DNA from: Octopus sinensis
Taxonomy: Eukaryota
Length of the DNA: 18,389 nucleotides
Assembly (NCBI RefSeq): GCF_006345805.1
Contig: NW_021824515.1
Coordinates: 1-18,389, forward strand
Reading direction: 5' to 3'
Shown in pieces: positions 1-9,945 of this stretch. The position numbers and the translations under genes are program-made. The notes beneath the pieces were generated by a model that saw only the letters and a program-made list of their open reading frames with translations, ran no database searches and was not told the DNA's origin. Position 1 is the first letter of the stretch; the number at the start of each line of letters is the position of its first letter.

Positions 1-63
1 CGGCAGACGAAATACCGCTAAGCATTTCGCCGGAGTGCTAACGTTTCTGCCAGCTCGCCGCTT
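1..63 (-). mobile_element. SINE family A, 5' tRNA-like head (rest lies outside the window)
   Basis: Reverse complement reads AAGCGGCGAGCTGGCAGAAACGTTAGCACTCCGGCGAAATGCTTAGCGGTATTTCGTCTGCCG, matching the heads at 13811, 9274 and ~10475. Confidence 0.9.
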
Positions 64-77
64 TTGTGTAACCTGGT

Positions 78-100
78 TCTGTCTGTCTCTGTCTGTCTCA

Positions 101-131
<31 letters not shown>

Positions 132-200
132 TCCATCTCCTTCGCACTCTCTCTCATTCTGTCTATCTGTATATGTACATTTCTCTACGTACACACACAT
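78..200. repeat. (TC)n/(TCTG)n microsatellite with TA/CA tail
   Basis: Directly visible simple repeats. Confidence 0.9.
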
Positions 201-439
201 GTATTTGCCTCCACCGCCAAGAAGTGCTGTCGCCCGCACAGGTTCTATGTCTTATCAGCTGTGACAATGACTAGCGTCCAAAAAAACCGCGCCTAATTTT
301 CTCACTCGTTTTTCTATAACAAGTTCGATCATATTAAACTCCAGTGCACACGGAACCAAAGTCTTTCAATCATTCGATAAATCATAATCAAAGCTAGAGA
401 ATTAACAGAGTCTTTACAGCACTGGAAGAAAGAATGTCT

Positions 440-555
440 TGTAGTATTTATTCCGATTCACTGCAGACTGAGATGACATCCCTTTGAGGGTCAACCTTGT
501 CTTTTATCCTTTCGCCCTTAATGAATATTGCACCAGACCAGCATAAGGATCGACT
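440..555 (+). mobile_element. Highly decayed SINE family A body
   Basis: GTAGTATTT...CTGAG...GAGGGTCAACCTTGTCTTTTATCCTTTCG aligns loosely with family A GGTATTT...CTGAG...GAGGTCGACTTTGCCTTTCATCCTTTCG. Confidence 0.5.
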
Positions 556-660
556 CTGCACCTTGACTCTAGACCTGCCTTAAAAACATTAGAAGCACAC
601 GAAGAATGCAATACACAAGGACCCTTACATTTAACTGTTGAAAATATTGATAGCCATAAT

Positions 661-795
661 TTTCTTTTCTACTCTAGGCACAAGGCCTGGAATTTAGAGG
701 GAGGGGCCAGTCGATTAGATCGACCTCAGTACGCAGCTGGTACTTAATTTATAGACCCCGAATGGATGAAAGGCAAAGTTGACCTCGGCGGAATT
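661..795 (-). mobile_element. SINE family A, 5'-truncated copy with terminal tail type Y
   Basis: Contains the reverse complement of the core (GGATGAAAGGCAAAGTTGACCTCGGCGGAATT) and of the tail CCTTGTGCCTAGAGTAGAAAAGA also seen at 13783-13805 and 14545-14570. Confidence 0.9.
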
Positions 796-1165
796 CAACA
801 TACTCTCTTACAACTGTTTCGATTTTGCCCAAAGAGTTTAAATTCCAGTAATCAAAACGTTTTATTGGGAGAAATGTCATCCGAGGAGTAAAAAAGACCT
901 ACCGTTAGGTTATTAGATATTATTCTTCGAAAATGTTTTAATTACTGGAATTTTACCCTAAGAGCAAAAGCGAAACACCTGTAATGGAACATGTTGAATT
1001 TTTGCAGTTCATAAATTATATTACCGCCACTTCTCCATTTTCTGAATTTTAATTTGAATATTTAGAAACCAAGTTTTATACTTAATTCCAATAATTAAAA
1101 CATTTTATTGGGCACAATCTTGTCAGAGGTGTAAAAAAAACATCGTTAGGTTATTAGATGTTATT
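792..1165. mobile_element. Penelope-like pseudo-LTR relic (inverted plus direct partial repeats, hammerhead motif)
   Basis: 792-862 is an imperfect inverted repeat of 930-1000, and 841-923 is repeated directly at 1084-1163. The repeat carries hammerhead core motifs. Confidence 0.65.
802..889 (-). ncRNA. Degenerate type-I hammerhead ribozyme motif
   Basis: Minus strand: actcct-CGGATGA-c-atttctcccaa...ttgggcaaaat-c-GAAA-cagttg-TA-agagagt. The sister half-copy at 1108-1132 gives CTGACAA-g-attgtgcccaa. Confidence 0.65.
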
Positions 1166-1285
1166 TAATGAGTTGTTATTTAATATATATATACAGGAAT
1201 GTTGGTACAGTCAGGAAAAAATCGAACTTATATATCAAATCGAACCTATATATACGTTTCTATATATATACATACATATACATAT

Positions 1286-1330
1286 ATTCTTTTACATGTT
1301 TCGGTCCTAAGGGTGTGGCAATACTGGAGT
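1286..1330 (-). mobile_element. Short 3'-tail fragment related to the family B SINE tail
   Basis: Minus CTCCAGTATTGCCACACCCTTAGGACCGAAACATGTAAAAGAAT versus B tail CTCCAGCATGGCCGCAGTCAAATGACTGAAACAAGTAAAAGAG. Confidence 0.55.
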
Positions 1331-1332
1331 AG

Positions 1333-1403
1333 TATATATGTTATATATATATATATATATAATATATATAGAGATAGATATTATATATATATATATATGT
1401 ATG

Positions 1404-1443
<40 letters not shown>

Positions 1444-1450
1444 CTATATG

Positions 1451-1489
<39 letters not shown>

Positions 1490-1536
1490 GTATGCAGATA
1501 TTCACCAATATATACGCATACACACTGTGCTAATAC

Positions 1537-1567
<31 letters not shown>

Positions 1568-1685
1568 CATATATTATATATATATATATAGATATATACA
1601 TTAATATACATATATACATATATATATAAAATGCATACATTACATATATACATAATAGATAATATCAACGTATGTATGTATATAG
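1333..1685. repeat. Compound (TA)n/(TACA)n microsatellite
   Basis: Directly visible. Confidence 0.95.
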
Positions 1686-2107
1686 TGTATCCTATCGCAC
1701 AAGTGGGAATCATTAAAAAAAAAATAACCCCATCCACAAAATCTTAACCCCACCACCAACAAATATAACAAAAAGCAAATCAACCCAGAACCCCACCTCC
1801 CGCCGTCCCCGAAGGCAAACCTAACCAAACCGGAAGAAATGAACGCTTTTTATAGTTTTCACAGCTATCTTGATTAAAGTGTTATCATAAAAAACATTCC
1901 AATATCGTATTAGCAAGCAGAGATAAAGTTCCTTCGCTGGAAGATTGCTCTACAAATTCTCTTCAGCACATTAGGGTCTTCAATGCAATTCTTCAAATAT
2001 AAATGAACATTTTAACACCAATTATTCACCGCGTGATCAACATGGCTCTCAAATGGCAGACGATATTTCTGACAAGCAGATGTTTGTCTAATGACGTTGT
2101 TTTCTTG

Positions 2108-2481
2108 TTGTGTGTTTGCGTGTACGTGTGTGTGTGTGTGTACGTGTGTGTGCGAGTGTGTGCGTGTGTGTGAGAGTTGGCGTGTATATATATACGCAAA
2201 TAATATATGATATAATGTATATATGTTTTTGTGTGTGTGTGTGCGTGGCGTGTGTATGTATATATATATATATATATATCTATATATATATATATATATA
2301 TATACTATATATATATATATATATACACATATATATATCACATATATATATACACATGTATACAAATATGTTATGCATGTATGCATATACACTTCTGTAT
2401 TTGGTGTATAGATAGATGTACATATATATATGTATGAATGTGTGTACATACATACATACATACATACATACATACATACAT

Positions 2482-2536
<55 letters not shown>

Positions 2537-2604
2537 GATATATATATATATGCGCGCACAAACACTTACACACACACATGCACACATACACACACGCACG
2601 CACG

Positions 2605-2637
<33 letters not shown>
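2108..2637. repeat. Compound (TG)n-(TA)n-(TACA)n-(CA)n microsatellite
   Basis: Directly visible. Confidence 0.95.
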
Positions 2638-2639
<2 letters not shown>

Positions 2640-3081
2640 CAAACATATGTGTATGTTGGTGTGTGTAACTGATATCTTGCATTTTCATTCTCGACTGTTT
2701 TAATTTTCGTATAAAATTTGAAGGAATTTCTAGTGACACCAGATGGCGTTGTTCTATACGCAGTTGCCAGAATTAAGAGGCAGCAACTAAGAGCTCTGGA
2801 ACAGAGGCATACACACAAAACACACAAAACACACAACACGCACACATTCCCATAAACACTCATACACACATATATACACACATCCTCATACAACTCGTGC
2901 ATACAAATATACGCGACACATGGGTATTTTTTGAGTGTGAGAATTTCAAGAAAATTCTAAAAAATACCCGCGGGAGGAACTTCCAGTGACACGACGATTT
3001 ATTTGCAGTGTGTCTCATCTTGTCAAGGAGTGATCTACACTTTACAGCTTCGGAACCATTCGTTGTAACATATAAAGAATC

Positions 3082-3137
3082 AGAGAGAGAGAGAGAGAGA
3101 GGGAGAGGAGAGAGAGAGAGAGAGGAGAGAGAGAGAG
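3082..3137. repeat. (GA)n microsatellite
   Basis: Directly visible. Confidence 0.95.
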
Positions 3138-3430
3138 CAGTTACGCAATGGACAGCCAATGACTCGGTTATAATCCTCTGAGTTAGTCTTCGTATTCTGC
3201 CAGTTTGGTGTTACTCGCTCTGTTCAGTCATTAAGATCATCCATTGTCATTGTCAGCTCTCTGTTGCTCGGCTGTTGAGATCTTGAAGTGGCGACAATGA
3301 CGCTTACCTTGGACTCTCTTCTCAATTTTACAAATATGGTTATCTCTAACAAGATCGTTAGATTCCCGGCAGCTTTGCGCTTAGTATCATTGCAAGCCTT
3401 CCACCACAACAAAGTACGACTATCAGAGGC

Positions 3431-3701
3431 ATATATATATAGATATATATATATATATATAATATATATCTATATATATAGATATATTATATATATATAT
3501 ATATAGACATATATAATGTATATATATATATATAATTGTATATATATGATATATATATTGTATATGTATATATATATGTATATGGATATATAGATATAGT
3601 ATATGGTAGATATATATATATGTATATATATATATGTGTGTATATATATATATATATAGGATATATATTATATATATTGTATAATATCTATGTATATATA
3701 A

Positions 3702-3735
<34 letters not shown>
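3431..3735. repeat. (TA)n microsatellite
   Basis: Directly visible. Confidence 0.95.
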
Positions 3736-3740
<5 letters not shown>

Positions 3741-4286
3741 GGGAGTATAACTTTTTTATTTATTAATTTAAAAAATTTTTAATTTTAAATTTTAAATTGT
3801 ATTTCGTAAATATATTATATTGATATTTATAATATTTATGTAAGTGATAATGGACTAATTTATATATTATTCGTTATATGTCTATATATTTATTGATAGA
3901 GAAAATTTTAGATTTTTAATTACTATATTTGTTGATTATAATTTAGTTACTTATTTTTATATATTTATTATTTTATAATTATTAGATGTGAACTTAAATC
4001 TAAAAATATTAATAGTGATTATTTTGTTAAATAATTCGGTAATTAAATATTGGAGTGTAACTGAGTTTAAGATATTCGAGAGTATATTATGTTATATTTC
4101 TATCTATTTTTTACCTTAAAAATTAAATATTTAACATAATAAATGTGTTGTAGGAAATAATCCTAATGCTTTAAGTTTCTTATTTAGTTAATGGAGATTT
4201 TTCTATAAAAACAATTATTATTTTATTTATTTCTTAAATAAATATTATTTAACTCTATTTGCTTATTTATTTAACTATTATCATTA

Positions 4287-4385
4287 ACCTGAAGATTGAC
4301 TATAATTTTAAATCGAATTTATTTCAATTGAATTTAAACTTAATTGTAATTTGAATTAATTGTAGCCATGAAACGTACGTAGTGT
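4287..4385 (+). ncRNA. Degenerate type-I hammerhead motif with long stem-II insertion
   Basis: ac-CTGAAGA(4289-4295)-t-tgactataatt...aattgtagcca-t-GAAA(4370-4373)-cgtacg-TA-gt. Stem III ACGTACGT is palindromic. Confidence 0.6.
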
Positions 4386-4435
4386 TTTTACTTATATATT
4401 ATTCATTTTATACTTTTTGAGATCTAGTTATAAGG

Positions 4436-4594
4436 TATATATTAATATATATATATTATATATATATTATATATATATATATATATTATTTATATATATA
4501 TATATATATTATTTATTTATATTTGGTTTGTCTATCACTGTTTGAGTTGTAAAATAGTGGTTTATCTCTAATTTATATTATATATATATATATA
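4436..4594. repeat. (TA)n tracts
   Basis: Directly visible at 4436-4520 and 4575-4594. Confidence 0.85.
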
Positions 4595-4987
4595 GGTGCA
4601 GGAGTGGCTGTGTGGTAAGTAGCTTGCTTACCAACCACATGGTTCCAGGTTCAGTCCAACTGAGTGGCACCTTGGGCAAGTGTCTTCCTACTATAGTCTC
4701 GGGTCGACCAAAGCCTTGTGAGTGGATTTGGTAGACGGAAACTGAAAGAAGCCCGTCGTATATATGTATATATATATATATGTGTATGTTTGTGTTGCTG
4801 TGTCTGTCCTCCTAGCATTGCTTGACAACCGGTACTGGTGTGTTTATGTCCCCGTAATCTAGCGGTTCGGCAAAAGAGACCGATGGAATAAATACTAGGC
4901 TTACAAAGAATCCCGGGGTCGATTTGCACCACTAAAGGCGGTGCTCCAGGATGGCCGCAGTCAAATAACTAAAACAAGTAAAGAGAA
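4592..4987 (+). mobile_element. SINE family B, full length (tRNA head, CORE-like segment, internal TA/TG microsatellite, stem-loop tail)
   Basis: A box TGGCTGTGTGG, B box GGTTCAGTCC, CORE-like CCTTGGGCAAGTG, tail CAGTCAAATAACTAAAACAAGTAAAGAG. Collinear with copies at 12018-12472 and 16069-16499. Confidence 0.93.
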
Positions 4988-5486
4988 TCTCTCTCTTCTC
5001 TTCTCACGTGACCGCTGGCCAACTATAGCCCTTTCGCTTCTGACCACCGTCACGATAACACCCCTTTCTTCGTCTGCCGGAAGGCCTTCTTTTTCAAATA
5101 CGCTAGCTGAGTTCAATTCGTCTCAAGTCGAAAGACGCCCGTTGTTATGTACTGTTATTATTATTATTATTATTATTATTGTTTTTTGTATTTATATTTG
5201 TATTATTTTTTTTTGTATTTATATTCGTGTAACATCGTCCGTTTTTCTGTCCTTGTTTCGTATACATTCGATCCTTTTTCCAAGAAATCTAATGCGCGTA
5301 CCTTAGTTTTTCCTTGGGGCTGGCCAGATTGGAGCAATCTCAAGATTAATCAGCCGAAATTGCGGGGATGATCCGGTTCTTTACTGAAGATTAGAGGCTT
5401 CGAATTACCCGTCTGTGTTTTTTGTATCGTCTAATTGAATGTTTTGCGTACTTGTCCCATTTTGTATATATATATATATATATATA

Positions 5487-5847
5487 ATAGAAATATTAAA
5501 ATTACTAAGTCTCTATAAAAGAGATTACGGCAGCGTTTACTGGAAATTAATTGTTATCGCCATATTCATATGGCATTCTTATAGATATAAGAATAATCGC
5601 TGCCGCTGGTCAGCTCCATGAGGCCACCGCCATCAAGATAGCTATTGATACACGATCTGTATCCATTATAACCTTCGAACAAGGGAGGTCAGCCGCTTCA
5701 CACTGCCAGTCCGACAGCTACAGACGCGTTTCGGGGTATTGCCCCTTGTCAATGTAGCGCAGTCAGACCCGCAGGTGTCGCCACTGACGTCTCTGTTCGA
5801 AGGTTTCTATTTACCTAGTTTCAGTGGAATACATCCACTTGTTTTCA
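5487..5847 (-). mobile_element. Highly structured hammerhead-bearing element between (TA)n tracts (retrozyme/Penelope-like)
   Basis: Multibranch fold at 5528-5605, long hairpin at 5670-5805 with a hammerhead at its tip, and TA runs at both boundaries. Confidence 0.6.
5717..5758 (-). ncRNA. Minimal type-I hammerhead ribozyme motif (two core substitutions)
   Basis: Minus: gctaca-TTGACAA-gggg-caata-cccc-GAAA-cgc-GTC-tgtagc. Perfect 6-bp stem I, 4-bp stem II, palindromic stem III ACGCGT. Confidence 0.8.
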
Positions 5848-5930
5848 ATATATATATATATATATAATACAATTGTTCGTTTGTTTTCCACCTGCCTTCG
5901 TCTTTTGTTTATTTTCATAAAGCTCCCGTG

Positions 5931-5939
5931 ATAATATAT

Positions 5940-5995
<56 letters not shown>

Positions 5996-6030
5996 ATATA
6001 GATATATATATATTATATATATATATATAA
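5931..6030. repeat. (TA)n microsatellite
   Basis: Directly visible. Confidence 0.95.
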
Positions 6031-6061
6031 TTTGTGATGACTCCGCTCATCTCACTGGCTA

Positions 6062-6236
6062 ATAAAAATAGATAAGTGGTACAATAAGGCACCAATATTT
6101 ACTGGAAAATAGCAATCGATACAAATACGACGCTATTGTAAAGCTTCACTGCGTATTCACTATAGCGTTGTATTTATATCAATTGATATTTTCCAGTAAA
6201 TATTGGTGCCTTGTTGTACCGCTTATCTATTTTTAT
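6062..6236. repeat. Long inverted repeat, 75-bp arms with 25-bp spacer
   Basis: 6062-6136 versus the reverse complement of 6162-6236 shows 6 mismatches by manual alignment. Confidence 0.92.
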
Positions 6237-6306
6237 ATGTATAATTCTACCCTTATGGGTCTTTATTTTACTGGAAAGTACTACATTTATATTGTATTAT
6301 TATTTT

Positions 6307-6317
6307 CACACACACAC

Positions 6318-6382
<65 letters not shown>
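6307..6382. repeat. (CA)n-(TA)n microsatellite
   Basis: Directly visible. Confidence 0.95.
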
Positions 6383-6404
6383 GTGGTTAGGGCATTCTTT
6401 ATAA

Positions 6405-6537
6405 TCTCTGACGAGACCTATGTTTATATATATAAGTAACCTATTTTTAAATGCCTACAACCTAAATATAATTGACAACTATAGGCAATAAAAATAAAAA
6501 TAACTACTTTTAACCATAGGCTGAAACAGCTGTAAGA
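6405..6537 (+). ncRNA. Type-I hammerhead motif with intact core and ~85-nt loop II
   Basis: tct-CTGACGA(6408-6414)-gacctatgttta...taaccataggct-GAAA(6523-6526)-cagctg-TA-aga. Confidence 0.7.
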
Positions 6538-6732
6538 AGTGATTTTAATGATTGCAATAATTTATATTATGATTTTTATAATTTGTATTCTTATCTTATA
6601 TGTATTGAATTATAAGATATATATGTATGCTATTAAGGTTCTCGTTCTTGTTAAATGAATAAATAAGTCAACATTCTAATATCTAAAAGTTGATGAACCA
6701 ACTAATGTGTTTCTGCATTTTCTTATTTATAT

Positions 6733-6778
<46 letters not shown>

Positions 6779-6828
6779 ACCACACACATACACACACATA
6801 TATATATATATATATATACATACTCCCC

Positions 6829-7077
6829 TTTACTCTTTTACTTGTTTCAGTCATTTGACTGCGGCCATGCTGCTGCACCGCCTTTAGTCGAGCATTCGAC
6901 CTCGGACTTATTCTTTGTAAGACTAGTACTTATTCTATCGCTACATTACGGGGGCGTAAACACACCAGCATCAGTTTCAAGCGATGTTGGGAGGACAAAC
7001 ACAGACACACAAAACACACATACATATATATGCATATATACGACGGGCTTCTTTTAGTTTCAGCCAAATCCACTCCC
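6829..7077 (-). mobile_element. SINE family B, 5'-truncated with internal deletion
   Basis: Reverse complement of the B 3' half (TACTTGTTTCAGTCATTTGACTGCGGCCATGC...CGACGGGCTTC). Confidence 0.9.
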
Positions 7078-7100
7078 AGTGGTCTGCTTGTTATAACTAG

Positions 7101-7233
7101 AAATGGATCTGACGAAAGTAGCATTAATTCTCTTAGGTCGTTCAGTTTCCCAAAATTGATCAGCAGACACATTGAGTAAACCTATCAGCAATGTACCTAT
7201 AATGGCAACTGGAAACAGCTGTAAGCCAGATTT
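7101..7233 (+). ncRNA. Type-I hammerhead motif with long loop II
   Basis: aaatggat-CTGACGA(7109-7115)-a-agtagcatta...taatggcaact-g-GAAA(7212-7215)-cagctg-TA-agccagattt. Confidence 0.65.
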
Positions 7234-7280
7234 GCCTCAATGAAGGAATATGGAATGACCATTACTTTTAACTTGCTTCT

Positions 7281-7593
7281 TACATACACACACATACATA
7301 CTACATACATACACACATACATACACACATACATACATACATACACACATACATATATACATACACATACATACATACATACACACATACATACACGCAC
7401 ATACATACATATATATACATATATACATACATACACATATACATAATACATACATACATACATACACACATACATACATACATACACACATACATACATA
7501 CATACATGCATACATACATACATACATACATACATACATACATACATACATACATACATACATACATACAAATATATATATATTTATATATAT
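7281..7593. repeat. (TACA)n microsatellite
   Basis: Directly visible. Confidence 0.95.
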
Positions 7594-8002
7594 GAAAAGA
7601 GTCGCCAGATATGCTTGTGTCTGCGTGTGTACGTCTCTGCATGCATTCTTGTGTACCCACTTGACTTATATTTTACCACTTTAACACGAAATAGTGAATA
7701 ACATACATATATGTACATGTGTTCACACATGCGCATTTATACCCACGCGTTGACTCTACCATTCATACATACTTAGGTCGTCTCCCTCCCTTCACACACA
7801 TACACACACACACACACACACATACTCACACATATGCATTCAACAGCACGTTCATTTTGCTTTTAAATACATAAGCACATATGTGTTAACAACCTAATAA
7901 AAAAACAAGAAGAAATCTCGTTCATTTACACAAACACACACAAATATAGATATCTAATAGATGCAGACATTTAACGCATTTCTGACCAGCGGTTTACAAA
8001 GA

Positions 8003-8341
8003 ATATATATATATATATATATACACATGCATACATACATATAGATAGATACATACATACACACATATATACACACACACATACATACAACATACATACA
8101 CACATATATACACACACACATACATACATACATACATACATACATACATACATACATACACACATATATACACACATACATACATACATACATACACACA
8201 CACATACATACACACACACATACATACATACATACACACATACATACACACACACATACATACATACATACATACACACATACATACATATATACATACA
8301 TACATACACACACATACGTACATACATATATGTGTGTGTTG

Positions 8342-8390
<49 letters not shown>

Positions 8391-8395
8391 AGTGA
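8003..8395. repeat. (TA)n-(TACA)n-(TG)n compound microsatellite
   Basis: Directly visible. Confidence 0.95.
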
Positions 8396-8580
8396 GTGCA
8401 GGGAAGGAAAGAGAGAGAAAGAGGAAAAGGAGCGAGCCGAAACTTCGAAGTCCCTATCAAGCTTTCCTTTCGCATGTAAAATGTGTATATATATATGTGC
8501 GTGCATACACGTGTGTGTGTGGCGTGGTGTGTGTGTGTATGGTGTGTGCATGTATACACACATTCATACATACACACACA

Positions 8581-9274
8581 CTTTTTTCGTTGCCAACAAG
8601 GAGCTAAACACAGGGAGGACAAACAAAAGGATGAAAGGGAAGTCGACCTCGGTGAAATTTGAACTCAGAACGTAGAGGCAGACGAAATACCTATTTCTTT
8701 ACTACCCACAAGGGGCTAAACACGTAAGGGACAACAGGACAGACAGACGGATTAAGTCGATTATATCGACCCCAGTGAGTAAAACTGGTACTTATTTAAT
8801 CGACCCCGAAAGGATGAAAGGCAAAGTGGACCTCGGCGGAATTTGAACTCAGAACGTAGAGGCAGACGAAATACCTATTTCTTTACTACCCACAAGGGGC
8901 TAAACACGTAAGGGACAAACAAGGACAGACAGACGGATTAAGTCGATTATATCGACCCAGTGCGTAACTGGTACTTATTTAATCGACCCCGAAAGGATGA
9001 AAGGCAAAGTGGACCTCGGCGGAATTTGAACTCAGAACGCAACGGCAGACGAAATACCTATTTCTTTACTACCCACAAGGGGCTAAACACGTAAGGGACA
9101 AACAAGGACAGACAGACGGATTAAGTCGATTATATCGACCCCAGTGCGTAACTGGTACTTATTTAATCGACCCCGAAAGGATGAAAGGCAAAGTGGACCT
9201 CGGCGGAATTTGAACTCAGAACGCAACGGCAGACGAAATACGCCCGGCGTGCTAACGTTTCTACCAGCTCGCCA
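8581..9274 (-). mobile_element. SINE family A with internal tandem array (head, 3 units of 183-184 bp, 1 deleted unit)
   Basis: Units at 8691-8874, 8875-9057 and 9058-9241, head at 9242-9274, partial unit at 8581-8690. Confidence 0.95.
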
Positions 9275-9453
9275 CTTTCAAATCTGTGACATTCTAACGT
9301 GAATATTACTCTACGCTGTCACAGTTTATTGTTAAATCATATGCCAAGAGCTACTTACTGCTCGGTTTTATTAACACATGGGTATTCCAGCGGACAGTTT
9401 TGTACCTGATACATTTTATATTCGCTCTTCTTTTACTCATAGTTTTGATATGT

Positions 9454-9594
9454 TTAGAATTACATATTTCTAATTGCACGGCCCTAAATATAAACTTATA
9501 ATTGCGAGTTCCTAATTACACGATTTTAATTATATGCCTCTTATTAACACAGTTCTAATTCTCTATTCTTAATTACGAACTTCTAATTACATTA
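9454..9594. repeat. Degenerate 14-bp minisatellite, ~10 copies (consensus approximately TTCTAATTACACGN)
   Basis: A TAATT-like core recurs at 14-nt spacing, with units starting 9454, 9468, 9482, 9496, 9510, 9524, 9538, 9553, 9567 and 9581. Confidence 0.7.
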
Positions 9595-9900
9595 AATATA
9601 CAATTCCAGTTAGACATATGGACTTAATAAGAAAAAGACAGTTAAACTTGAGGTATGGCAAATAAATCTACTGTAGCAACGGCTGACTAGTAAACAGCAA
9701 GAATCATGGTTCGAATCTCATATAATAATTCTTTTGTAAAGAATTCTGTTTAGCAATAATAAATCTCAGAGCGAGTTATAAACAGTAGCTACAACAATTA
9801 TTGTTTGGTTACACTTTTTCGATATCAGTGTCTATCGATACTGGAAAAAGGTTTAAGTATTTTTGGAGGGAACCTACTTCTCATTGACAACTGTGATTGT

Positions 9901-9945
9901 CACACGCCGATAACGGGTCAATACCCTGAAACTCGAGTCCGTGTG
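9901..9945 (+). ncRNA. Minimal type-I hammerhead ribozyme motif (CCGA core variant)
   Basis: cacacg-CCGATAA-cggg-tcaata-ccct-GAAA-ctcga-GTC-cgtgtg. Perfect 6-bp stem I extendable to 9888-9957, palindromic stem III ACTCGAGT. Confidence 0.8.

Noticed and set aside
1715-1832. A/C-skewed stretch
   Set aside because: No periodicity or motif, and not a telomeric repeat. Likely low-complexity or low-quality consensus.
3224-3412. Possible minus-strand exon with an AAG/GTAAGC donor near 3305
   Set aside because: No clear acceptor, no recognisable peptide and no partner exons.
5310-5416. Possible hammerheads (ggctg...cagcc-GAAA; CTGAAGA...GAAT...GTC)
   Set aside because: The first lacks a recognisable CUGANGA. 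The second lacks stem II pairing and GAAA. Too degenerate to call.
8691-9241. CRISPR-like regular repeat
   Set aside because: The whole 184-bp unit repeats with no unique spacers, the context is eukaryotic SINE sequence, and there are no cas genes.
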